Shown here: positions 38,698 to 48,500 of the stretch, one piece after another
Layout: every line of letters starts with the position of its first letter
Position numbering within the stretch: the stretch's first letter is position 1
Translations under genes and position numbers: made by a program
From: Firmicutes bacterium CAG:321_26_22
GTDB lineage: Bacteria; Bacillota_I; Bacilli_A; RF39; UBA660
NCBI GenBank assembly: GCA_001916775.1
Contig: MNTB01000030.1
Coordinates: 120,901 to 184,900, forward strand
Reading direction: 5' to 3'
Length of the DNA stretch: 64,000 nucleotides
Notes under the pieces: generated by a model
Seen by the model: the letters and a program-made list of their open reading frames with translations, nothing else
Databases searched by the model: none
What the model was told of the DNA's origin: nothing

Positions 38698-40236
38698 ATG
38701 AATAGTAGTAATAAGATTATTGTTGAAAAAATTAAAAGTTTTAAATTGTTTGACCTAAATTCTTATAATATACTTGTTAATAATTTTGGTATTGATAGAG
38801 TAAAAGAAGTATTTAATGAACTATATAATGCTGCTGATGAAGTAGAAAAAGAAAAATTGCTTAATTTATATTATCCTTATTTTATTTCAGCTGATTTAGA
38901 AAATATTGATTTGAGTAATGATGATTGTTTTTTATTAATTGATAAATATGGATATGAAAATATTGAAAACTATTTTACTGAATTATTATTACAAACCAAG
39001 AATCCTAGTTATTTGAAGAAAAAATATGAATTTTTCTATAATATTATTGATGATAATAGTTTAAGTATAGATGATAAAAGTGAAGATTTTGATGTTCAAT
39101 ATAATGATGCTTTTCAATTATATTTAAAGGATATTGGACAATATCCTCTACTAAGTAGAAACGAAGAAAAAAGAATCTTTAAATTATTAAGTGACTTAAA
39201 AGAAAAATTTAGTATATTTTCTCTTAATGAAAATAATAACTTAGTTTTTGTTGATTCTCCCACTATGATAGCTTCTATAAAAAATATTAATGATAAAAAA
39301 AGATTAGCTAAACTTAGTAAATATTTAGGTACTGATGATAAAATTTTAATACAAAAATATATTAAAATATGGGAAGAAATAAATGGTAAAAAGAAAGAAA
39401 ATATTATTCTTCCAGATAAAAAGACAATTAAAAATAAGCTTGGTATTAATCTTACAAATAAAGGATATGATTATGATCTATTTGATAAACAAATTGAATA
39501 TGCTTTAATGTATTGTAATAATAGAGAATATATATATAATTGCAACTTAAGACTTGTTGTTTCGATAGCAAAAAAATACAGAAACTTTTCTTTTCCAATT
39601 GAAGATAGAGTTAGTGAAGGTAACATAGGTCTCATGAAAACGGTTGCTAAATTTGATTACACTAAGGGATATAAGTTTTCTACTTATGCTACTTGGTGGA
39701 TTAGACAATCTATTACAAGAGCTATGGCAGATCAAGCAAGAGCTATTAGAATACCAGTCCATTTACTTGAATTAATAAATAGAATTTTTGCTGTTAAACG
39801 TGATTTTATGCAAAAGTATAATAGGGAGCCTTCTAATGAGGAAATTGCAGAAATTCTTAATACTACTCCAGAAAAAATAGAAGATGCTATTATGGTATCA
39901 GTTGAACCAACATCTTATGATATTCCTGTTAAAGAAGATGAGGATACTAGTTTTAGAGATTTTATTCCTGATAGAGCAGAATCAACAGAAAGCATTGTAT
40001 TTAATAGTTCTCTTGGAGATGACATTAATAAAATACTTGAAAGTTTAAACCCACGTGAACAAGAAGTAATAAAACTTAGATATGGTCTTGGTGGCAAAAA
40101 TCCAATGACTCTTGAAGATGTCGGTAAAAAGTTTGGAGTAACAAGAGAACGTGTTAGACAAATTGAAGGTAAAGCATTAAGAAAGTTAAAACATCCTTCA
40201 CGTGGAAAAAGAATTAAAGATTATTTACTAGATTAA
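38698..40236 (+). CDS. sigA: Primary RNA polymerase sigma factor (SigA/RpoD) with an unusually long N-terminal extension
   Basis: Region 2 (NLRLVVSIAKKYRN...GNIGLMKTVAKFDYTKGYKFSTYATWWIRQSITRA), region 3, and region 4 (TLEDVGKKFGVTRERVRQIEGKALRKLKHP). 512 aa. Confidence 0.9.
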   Translation: MNSSNKIIVEKIKSFKLFDLNSYNILVNNFGIDRVKEVFNELYNAADEVEKEKLLNLYYPYFISADLENIDLSNDDCFLLIDKYGYENIENYFTELLLQTKNPSYLKKKYEFFYNIIDDNSLSIDDKSEDFDVQYNDAFQLYLKDIGQYPLLSRNEEKRIFKLLSDLKEKFSIFSLNENNNLVFVDSPTMIASIKNINDKKRLAKLSKYLGTDDKILIQKYIKIWEEINGKKKENIILPDKKTIKNKLGINLTNKGYDYDLFDKQIEYALMYCNNREYIYNCNLRLVVSIAKKYRNFSFPIEDRVSEGNIGLMKTVAKFDYTKGYKFSTYATWWIRQSITRAMADQARAIRIPVHLLELINRIFAVKRDFMQKYNREPSNEEIAEILNTTPEKIEDAIMVSVEPTSYDIPVKEDEDTSFRDFIPDRAESTESIVFNSSLGDDINKILESLNPREQEVIKLRYGLGGKNPMTLEDVGKKFGVTRERVRQIEGKALRKLKHPSRGKRIKDYLLD

Positions 40237-40267
40237 AGCATAAATGTTAAGTTTATGCTTTTTATTT
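40236..40267 (+). terminator. Intrinsic terminator of sigA
   Basis: aagcataaa-tgttaag-tttatgctt followed by a T-rich run. Confidence 0.7.
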
Positions 40268-40318
40268 ACCTTATTTTTTAAAAATATGATATAATTATAT
40301 GTGAAATGAGGGATTATT

Positions 40319-41089
40319 ATGCTTAAAATTAATAACTTAGAAGTAGCTACTGATAACAAGATTATTTTAAAGGATTTTAATTTAATTATTAACGATGGTG
40401 AAATACATACTATTATGGGTCCTAATGGCGTTGGTAAATCAACTTTATCAAGAGTAATTATGGGTGATCCTAATTATAAAGTTCTTAATGGTGAAATGAC
40501 TTTTAATGGAGATAATTTAATGGTACTATCTACTGATGAAAGAGCTAAAAAAGGTATTTTTCTTGCTATGCAGTATCCTATGGAAATTGAAGGAGTAAGT
40601 AATCAAGATTTTTTAAGAACCGCTATCGGAAGTGTTAATAATAAAAGGATTGGTTTATATGACTTTATATTAAAATGTGAAAAAGGTGCAGAAGAACTTT
40701 CTATGAATAAAGATTTAATTCATAGAAGTCTTAATGTTGGTTTTTCTGGTGGTGAAAAAAAGAAAAATGAAGTACTTCAAATTAAATTATTGACTCCTAA
40801 GTTTATTATTTTAGATGAATTAGACTCTGGTCTTGATGTTGATAGTTTAAGAATAGTAGGAGAAAATATTAAAAAATATAAAGAAGAAAATCCTAATACA
40901 TCTATTTTAATTATTACACATCATCCTAAAATATTAGAATATTTAAAACCTGATTTTGTTCATGTTATGAGTAAAGGTAAGATTCTTGAAACAGGAGACT
41001 ATTCTCTTGCTAATGATATTGAAAAAAATGGATACAATAAATATTTAAATAAGGAAAATGTTATAACTAAAGAGGTTAATAATGAATAA
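40319..41089 (+). CDS. sufC: Fe-S cluster assembly ATPase SufC
   Basis: GPNGVGKST, FSGGEKKKNE and ILDELDSGLDVD. Extended -10 TGATATAAT at 40287-40295. Confidence 0.9.
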   Translation: MLKINNLEVATDNKIILKDFNLIINDGEIHTIMGPNGVGKSTLSRVIMGDPNYKVLNGEMTFNGDNLMVLSTDERAKKGIFLAMQYPMEIEGVSNQDFLRTAIGSVNNKRIGLYDFILKCEKGAEELSMNKDLIHRSLNVGFSGGEKKKNEVLQIKLLTPKFIILDELDSGLDVDSLRIVGENIKKYKEENPNTSILIITHHPKILEYLKPDFVHVMSKGKILETGDYSLANDIEKNGYNKYLNKENVITKEVNNE

Positions 41090-41846
41090 AATAAAAGTAG
41101 TAAACAATAAAATTATTCCATTTGTTAGTGATGATGTAGAAATTAATGATAATAGTATTAATTTTAATAATAATGGTAATTATTTTATTGATTATATAGA
41201 TTGTAATAATGTAAGTTTATGTATTAACGTTAATAATAATAAATGTATTCATTTATTTGAATATTCTAATAATAATGATATTAATTTTAATATTAAGTAT
41301 AATTTAGATATAGCTTCTTCTTTAATAATAAGTAAATTTTATTATAATAATAAATGTAATGAAGTAGTTAATATTAGTTTAAATAAAAAAGGAGCTAATA
41401 TTAAATATAATTTTTCTAGTATTAGTAATAATGATAATTTTTATAAAATTAATGTTTATCATTTAGATAATAATACTAGTAGTGATGTATTTAATAGAAT
41501 TGTAGCTAAAGAAAATAGTTCTAATTACTTTGATATTAATAGTTATGTTGATAATGGTATTAAGGACTGCTACTTAAATCAAAGTACAAAGATTGTTACT
41601 TTAGGTGATTCTGATAATAGAGTTAATCCTAATATGTTTATTAGTGAAGAAGATGTTACCGCTATTCATAGTTCTACTATTGGTAGTATTAATGAAGAAG
41701 ATTTATTCTATTTGATGAGTAGAGGTATATCATATAATGATTCTGTTAAATTAATTATTAAAGGTATGATACTTTCTAATATTAATCCTGATATGGAAAA
41801 TATGGAAAGAATACTTAATATTTTAGATTCGATTGGAGGTGAATAA
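41082..41846 (+). CDS. sufD: Short SufB/SufD-family Fe-S assembly protein (254 aa)
   Basis: Conserved C-terminal block AIHSSTIGSINEEDLFYLMSRGISYNDSVKLIIKGM. Sits between sufC and sufS. Confidence 0.65.
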   Translation: MNKIKVVNNKIIPFVSDDVEINDNSINFNNNGNYFIDYIDCNNVSLCINVNNNKCIHLFEYSNNNDINFNIKYNLDIASSLIISKFYYNNKCNEVVNISLNKKGANIKYNFSSISNNDNFYKINVYHLDNNTSSDVFNRIVAKENSSNYFDINSYVDNGIKDCYLNQSTKIVTLGDSDNRVNPNMFISEEDVTAIHSSTIGSINEEDLFYLMSRGISYNDSVKLIIKGMILSNINPDMENMERILNILDSIGGE

Positions 41847-43043
41847 ATGCATAGAGATGATTTTGCAATGCTTTCTAATAATATTGTTTACTTTGATAAT
41901 GGTGCTACTACTTTAAAACCTAAATGTGTTAGAGATGCTATTTGTAAATACTATGATGAATATACTGCTAATGCACATAGAGGAGACTATAAAACTAGTA
42001 CTATTGTTGATAATTTATATGAAAGTACAAGAGAAGAAATTAAAAATTTTATAAATGCTAAAGAAAACTCAGAAATCGTTTTTACTAGTGGTACTACTAA
42101 TGGAATGAATATGATAGTTACAGGCTTTTTTAAGAATTATCTTAAGAAAGATGATGAAGTATTAATTACACTTAGTGAACATGCTTCAAATATTCTTCCG
42201 TGGTTTATTTTACAAAAAGAAATTGGTATCAAAGTTAAATATATTCCTTTAAATGAAAATCATGAAGTTACTATTGATAATTTTAAAAAGAGTATTACTA
42301 ATAAGACTAAAGTTGTATCACTTGCTTATGTTACTAATGTTGTAGGAGATGAAAGACCTATTAAAGAAATTAGTAAGATAGCTCACGATAATAATATTTT
42401 AGTAGTAGTAGATGCTGCTCAGGGTATTCCTCATAAGAAGATTGATGTTCAAAAAGATGATATAGATTTTATGGCTTTTTCAGGGCATAAGATGTATGGA
42501 CCTACTGGAGTTGGAGTTTTATATGCTAAATTTGATTTACTTGATAAGATTACTCCTATGAACTATGGTGGTGGTATGAATGCCATATTTACTAAAGATG
42601 GTTATGTTGAACTTAGAGAAATTCCTACTAGACTAGAAGGAGGTACTCCTAATATAGAGGGAGTATTAGGTCTTAGTGCTGCTATCAAATATTTAAATAA
42701 TATAGGTATGGATAAAATTAATAAATATGAAAAAGATCTTAGAAGATACTTAATTAATGAACTTAATAAACTAGACTTTATTGAAGTATATAATAAAGAT
42801 GTTGATACTAATATTGTAGCATTTAATATTAAAGGAGTATTTGCTCAAGATGCTGCTATTTACTTAGATAAATATAATATATGTGTTAGAGCAGGTAATC
42901 ATTGTGCTAAAATTCTTGATAATGTATTTAATATTAGTAATACTGTTAGAATTAGTTTAAGTTTCTATAATAATAAGGAAGAAATTGATTTACTTATTAA
43001 TGTACTTAAGAATAGTAGTAATATATGGAAGGAAATATTATAA
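41847..43043 (+). CDS. sufS: Cysteine desulfurase SufS (class II)
   Basis: FSGHKMYGPTGVGVLY (PLP lysine) and RAGNHCA active-site Cys loop. Confidence 0.9.
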   Translation: MHRDDFAMLSNNIVYFDNGATTLKPKCVRDAICKYYDEYTANAHRGDYKTSTIVDNLYESTREEIKNFINAKENSEIVFTSGTTNGMNMIVTGFFKNYLKKDDEVLITLSEHASNILPWFILQKEIGIKVKYIPLNENHEVTIDNFKKSITNKTKVVSLAYVTNVVGDERPIKEISKIAHDNNILVVVDAAQGIPHKKIDVQKDDIDFMAFSGHKMYGPTGVGVLYAKFDLLDKITPMNYGGGMNAIFTKDGYVELREIPTRLEGGTPNIEGVLGLSAAIKYLNNIGMDKINKYEKDLRRYLINELNKLDFIEVYNKDVDTNIVAFNIKGVFAQDAAIYLDKYNICVRAGNHCAKILDNVFNISNTVRISLSFYNNKEEIDLLINVLKNSSNIWKEIL

Positions 43044-43468
43044 TGGATAGAGATTTAAAAAGAAGTATTATTTTAGATAATTATCAGAATCCTAATATGA
43101 AACATACTAGTAATGAAGATTATGTTAAGATTAATACTAGAAATGTTAGTTGTATTGATAATTTAGATATTTATTTAAAAATAGAAGATAATATTATTAG
43201 AGATATTTCTTTTGAAGGCGAAGCTTGTGTTATTAGTATATCTTCTACTAATATTTTAGCTAATATGCTAGTAGGTAAATCTAAGGAAGAAGGTATTTAT
43301 TTAATTGATAATTATCTTAAGATGATTAATGAAGAAGAATATGATAAAGATGTACTTAAAGAATTACTTGTTTTTGATGATACTAGTAAGCAACCATCAA
43401 GAATTAAATGTGCTACTTTATCCGCTAATGGTATAAAAGATTATTTAGAAGAAGAAAATCACTCATAG
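43043..43468 (+). CDS. sufU: Fe-S scaffold / sulfur acceptor SufU
   Basis: ILDNYQNP, GEACVISISS and SRIKCATLS motifs. The ATG overlaps the sufS stop (TAATG). The track start at 43025 lies inside sufS. Confidence 0.85.
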   Translation: MDRDLKRSIILDNYQNPNMKHTSNEDYVKINTRNVSCIDNLDIYLKIEDNIIRDISFEGEACVISISSTNILANMLVGKSKEEGIYLIDNYLKMINEEEYDKDVLKELLVFDDTSKQPSRIKCATLSANGIKDYLEEENHS

Positions 43469-43516
43469 TTAAATGGGTGATTTTTATGTATCAACAGGTG
43501 TTGTTGATACTTTTTT
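43458..43516 (+). repeat. sufU 3' end + hairpin + PAL-D terminator (copy 1 of a roughly 55-nt direct repeat)
   Basis: aatcactcatagttaaatgggtgatttttatgtatcaacaggtgttgttgatac + TTTTTT. Confidence 0.8.
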
Positions 43517-43608
43517 ACGATATATATTATATCATAAAATATGGTTATTTTCAAGACTTGTAGTTTTGAAAATAATAACTTATAATTGTTACGAGGTGAG
43601 ATTCTAGT

Positions 43609-45339
43609 ATGAAAAAAGATAATTTTAAAATAAACTTAAAAAAAGTATGGCAATATGTTAAAAAGAAGAAAGGTTTATTAATTATAAATATTTTTCTTAA
43701 TATCATATATTGTGCTGTCTGTATTATTATTCCTTTAATATCTGCAAAGATAATTTTGAATATTACAAGTGGATTATTTGATGAACTTTTAATTACCGCT
43801 ATTATGCTATTTGGAATTTATATTATTGAAGTTATAGTATCATATTTTCATGGTAAATTACTCCAGATAATTTCTAGAGAAACATTAGTTAATATTCAAT
43901 CTGATTTGGCCAAAGCAACATTAAACTTGGATATACAAATAATTGACAAAAATGGTTCAGGGATGTTACTGGAAAGAATTAATGGAGATTGTAATAAAAT
44001 AACTTCATTATTTTTTGATATATCTGGAATGCTATCTAAAATAATTACCCTTATTGGAGTATTTATTTCAATTCTTGTAATTAATAAATATATGTTTATA
44101 TATATGATTGTTAATTCCATTATTATTTTTATCATTAATAAAAAAATGATAAATAAAAGATTTGAAATAGATAAAAATAAGAGAAAATTTTCAGAAAAGA
44201 AAACGAGTCTTATTAGCGAACTAGTCAGAGGTATTAGAGATATTAAAGTGTTAAACATATCTGATTCTTTTGAAAAAATGCTAGATGAACAATTAATAAT
44301 AGATAACAATTACAATTATGCAATGGCTAGTGTTAATAGAAAATTATCTTACTTAACGGCATTTACTCAATATTTATTTTCTTTCCTGTTTATTATTTTT
44401 GGTATTATATTGTGTAAAAATAATCTACTAGAAATATCTGGCTTTTTAATAATATATAATTATAGAAATAAGGCTTTTAATTCTCTATCATTTATAACAA
44501 AAATAAATGAAAGTTTAAAAGATTTTAATTTATCTGCGAGTAGGATATTTGAGATTATTGATGGCAAAGATTTTAAGAAAGAAAAATTTGGTAAGAAAAT
44601 GATTAAAAATGCAGAAGGTCATTTTAAATTTGAAAATGTTAATTTTTCTTATAATGGTGAAGAAAAAATTATTAAAGATTTATCTTTTGAAATTAAACCT
44701 AATGAAACTGTTGCTTTTGTTGGTAAATCAGGGACAGGAAAAACTACTATATTTAGTTTACTCGATAAATTATATACGATAGATAGTGGAAACATCTATA
44801 TTGATAATATTAATATTAATGATTTAGATAGAGATAGTATTCGTAATAATATTTCTATCATTACTCAAAATCCTTATATATTTAACTTTAGTATTAGAGA
44901 AAATCTGAGACTAGTAAGACCTAATATGACTGATGAAGAAATGATTGAAGCCTGTAGGATGGCTTGTATAGATGATTATATTAATAAATTACCTCAGAAG
45001 TACGATACTATTTTGGGTGAGGGTGGTATTATTTTATCTGGAGGTCAAAAGCAAAGACTTGCTATTGCTAGAGCTCTTCTTAAAAAAACAGAAATAATTT
45101 TATTTGATGAGGCCACTAGTTCTTTGGATAATGAGACTCAACAAAAAATACAAACTGCGATTAAAAATATGCAGGGAGAGTATACAATACTTATAATTGC
45201 ACATAGATTATCTACTGTTATTAATAGTGATAGAATTATAGTTATTGACGATGGTCATGTAATTGCAGAAGGTACTCATGATGAACTTATAAATGACAAT
45301 GAATTTTATAAAAATTTATATCATAATGAATTAGAATAG
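43609..45339 (+). CDS. ABC exporter, fused permease/ATPase (MsbA/MdlB type)
   Basis: Six N-terminal TM helices, Walker A GKSGTGKTT, signature LSGGQKQR, Walker B ILFDEATS. Confidence 0.85.
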   Translation: MKKDNFKINLKKVWQYVKKKKGLLIINIFLNIIYCAVCIIIPLISAKIILNITSGLFDELLITAIMLFGIYIIEVIVSYFHGKLLQIISRETLVNIQSDLAKATLNLDIQIIDKNGSGMLLERINGDCNKITSLFFDISGMLSKIITLIGVFISILVINKYMFIYMIVNSIIIFIINKKMINKRFEIDKNKRKFSEKKTSLISELVRGIRDIKVLNISDSFEKMLDEQLIIDNNYNYAMASVNRKLSYLTAFTQYLFSFLFIIFGIILCKNNLLEISGFLIIYNYRNKAFNSLSFITKINESLKDFNLSASRIFEIIDGKDFKKEKFGKKMIKNAEGHFKFENVNFSYNGEEKIIKDLSFEIKPNETVAFVGKSGTGKTTIFSLLDKLYTIDSGNIYIDNININDLDRDSIRNNISIITQNPYIFNFSIRENLRLVRPNMTDEEMIEACRMACIDDYINKLPQKYDTILGEGGIILSGGQKQRLAIARALLKKTEIILFDEATSSLDNETQQKIQTAIKNMQGEYTILIIAHRLSTVINSDRIIVIDDGHVIAEGTHDELINDNEFYKNLYHNELE

Positions 45340-45353
45340 AATAAACTTATTTA

Positions 45354-45410
45354 TGATCATTCATAGTTAAATAGGTGATTTTTTATGCATCTACAGTTAT
45401 TGTTGATAGG
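45354..45410 (+). repeat. Copy 2 of the sufU-3'-end/terminator repeat (degenerate)
   Basis: gatcattcatagttaaataggtgattttttatgcatctacagttattgttgatag aligns to 43458-43510 at roughly 45 of 54 positions, including the non-coding cat-tca-tag. Confidence 0.75.
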
Positions 45411-45413
45411 TTA

Positions 45414-45495
45414 ATTTAGAGACTTTTTTAGAAAGGCTCTAAATTATTATAGAAAGACCTAGGCTTTCTATAACACGAAAGAGACTACAGGCTCT
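45414..45495. repeat. Three HP-AG hairpins
   Basis: atttagAGAC...GGCTctaaat, tatagaaAGACctaGGCTttctata, agAGACtacaGGCTct. Confidence 0.7.
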
Positions 45496-45585
45496 GAAGT
45501 AAAAAAAGTTTGTAAAAAGAATGTAAATATGTTTAATTTACTTCTTTTTTTTAGTATAATATTATTTAGGAAGTCAGGTGATATT

Positions 45586-48500
45586 ATGCAGGATAAAATG
45601 GAAAGATTGCTTAATCAAATAGGCATGAACAAAGATTATTTAGAGAATGCTAGTATTGATAAGATTATAGTGTATGAGAAAAATAATTTATGGGAGTTTA
45701 TTATTAGTAATGATAAAGTTTTACCTGTATATATATATGATGAATTATGTAATAAAATAATGAATACTTTTAAAACTATTAAAGATATTAATGTTGTTAT
45801 TACTACGAATAATAATAGTAATGAATATTTAGAAGATTATTTTGATAGATTAATAGATTTATTTAGTGATGATAGTATTAAATATAAGACTTTTATTGAT
45901 AGAAAGTTAAATATTGATAATGATAATTATATATTTGATGTTTATAATAAAGCAGAGCTTGCTTATATGACTGAAAAGAAAGAATATTTGAATGAAATGC
46001 TTAATAGATATGGATTTAATGGTAATTTTGTTTTAAATCTTTGTGAGAATAAAGAGAATGATATTCTTAATCAAATTGAAAAAGATAAAATAGTTAATAT
46101 ACCTAGTATGGTGTCTCCTAGAAAGGAAAGTGTTCCTGATAAAGTAGAAGAAAAAAAATACTTTAGACCAAAGAGAGATACTAGTATTACTCCTATTAAG
46201 GATTTAATGTATGAAGTAGATAATATTACTATTAATGGGATGATATTTGGTATGGATATGTTTGAATCTAAGAGTGGATATAAGATTATTACTCTTAAGG
46301 TTACTGATAATAGTGATAGTATTTATGTTAAGATGTTTACTAAAGATAATGATGAATATGCTAGAATTAAAGATTTACTTAAGGTTGGTTCTTGGTATAA
46401 CTTTTATGGTAAAGTAGCTATGGATAAGTATTCTAACGAACTTACTTTTACTACTAGATATAAAGATGTTGATAAGACAGAGAGTCCTGAAAAAGAAAAG
46501 GTAGTAGATAATGCTCCTGTTAAGAGAGTTGAACTTCATGCTCATACAATGATGAGTCAGATGGATGGTATTACTAATGTTGATTTAAATAAACATACTT
46601 GTGAACTTGTTAGTAAGTGTATTGATATGGGTTACAGAGGGGTTGCTATTACCGATCATAGTGGTTGTCAAGCTTTTCCTATTGCTTATGATATTATTAA
46701 AAGTTATAATAAAAAGATAGAAGATCCTAGTAAACATTTTAAGGGATTATATGGTACTGAACTTACTGTTGTTGATGATACTGTTAATATTGTTGTTAGA
46801 CCTGATGATAGAATTCTTAAGGATCTTACTTATGTTGTTTTTGATACAGAGACTACTGGTTTTAATGCTGGTGGGGCTGATCAAATGATTGAAATAGGTG
46901 CTGTTAAGATTAAAGATGGTGCTATTATTGATAGATTTGATGAATTAATTGATCCAGGAAGACATATTCCTGATAAGATTACAGAACTTACTTGTATTAC
47001 TGATGATATGGTAAAAGGTAAAGACAATGAAGAGAATGTTACAAAGAGATTCTTAGAATGGGCAGGAGATAATCCAATGGTTGCTCATAATGCTAAGTTT
47101 GATATTTCGTTTATTTCTAGTGCTATGAAAAAATATAATCTTGGTGAATTTAATAGTACTGTTATTGATACTTTGGAGTTATCTAGAGCGTTAGATACTG
47201 GGTATTCTAGGCATAGTTTATCTGCATTAGTTAAAAGATATAATGTTCCTTGGGATGAAGACGCCCATCATAGAGCTGATTATGATGCTGAAGGTACTGC
47301 TTTAGTCTTCTACAAGATGCTTGGTAAATTATTTACACAGAACTTTGAGAAGATAAGTGATTTAGAGAAACTTATTCCAAAAGATGAAATATATAAATTT
47401 GGTAGAACTTATCATTTTAATGCTATTGCTCTTAATAAGACAGGACTTAAGAATCTATTTAAGATTATTTCTCTTGCTAATACTACTTATTTATATAAGA
47501 CCCCAAGAATTCTTAGAAGTAAACTTAATGAACTTAGAGAAGGTCTTATTATTGGTAGTGGCTGCTACGAAAGCGAAGTTTTTATTGAGGGGAGAAGTAA
47601 AGAGGGAGAAGAACTTACTAATATTATTAATTTCTATGATTATGTTGAAGTACAGCCTCCGGAAGTATATGACCATTTGATTCAGACTAGTGATTTTAAA
47701 GATGTTAATGAAATTAAGGAACATATTAAGAAGATTATTAATGCTACTCGTGAGGCTGGTAAGCTTATCGTGGCTACTGGGGATGTTCATCATTTTAGTA
47801 AAGAAGATAAGATATATAGAGAAATTATTGTTAATCAGAAGGTTCCTGGTGGTGGTAGACATCCTCTTGCTAAGAGTAGTATTAAGAGTATTCCTTCACA
47901 GCACTTTAGAACTACTGAGGAAATGCTTAATGATTTTGCTTTTCTAGGAGAAGAACTTGCTTATGATATTGTTGTTACTAATACTAATAAGGTTCTTGAT
48001 ATGGTAGATGAGATTGAGGTTATTATTGATACTGGTGGTATTCCTTTTTCACCTAGAGTTAAGAGTGATGATGGTAAGTCTTATTTGGATTGTCCTAGAG
48101 TGGTTACTGACTTAGTATTTGATAGGGCTAAAGAATGGTATGGTGATGATTTACCTCATAATATTGAAGAGAGAATATCTAAGGAATTATATGGTGATAT
48201 TGTCTACAAATGCTGGAAAGAACTTATTAGTGAAGATAATCCTAATATTAGTGATGATGAACTAGATTCTAAGTTATTTGAAAATTTACATAATACTTTA
48301 GTTAATGGATTTGATGAGGTTAAGATGCTTGTTAGTGATTATGTTAAAAAACATTGGAGTGAAGAAGATGGTGAAATGACTGATAAGGCACTAGATAAAA
48401 AAATTAAAAAGTCTCTAGGTGGTGTTATTGGTGGGGGATTTGATCCTATTTACTTGATTGCTCAAAGACTTGTTAAACACTCTAATGATGAAGGATTCTT

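Noticed and set aside
45529-45585. N-terminal extension of polC in the track (MFNLLLFFSIILFRKSGDI)
   Set aside because: It lies upstream of or across the predicted -10 box (TAGTATAAT, 45552-45560). The ATG at 45586 has an RBS and gives the canonical PolC N-terminus. Similar track extensions were trimmed for mutM, sufU, rmuC, the HerA-like gene and others.
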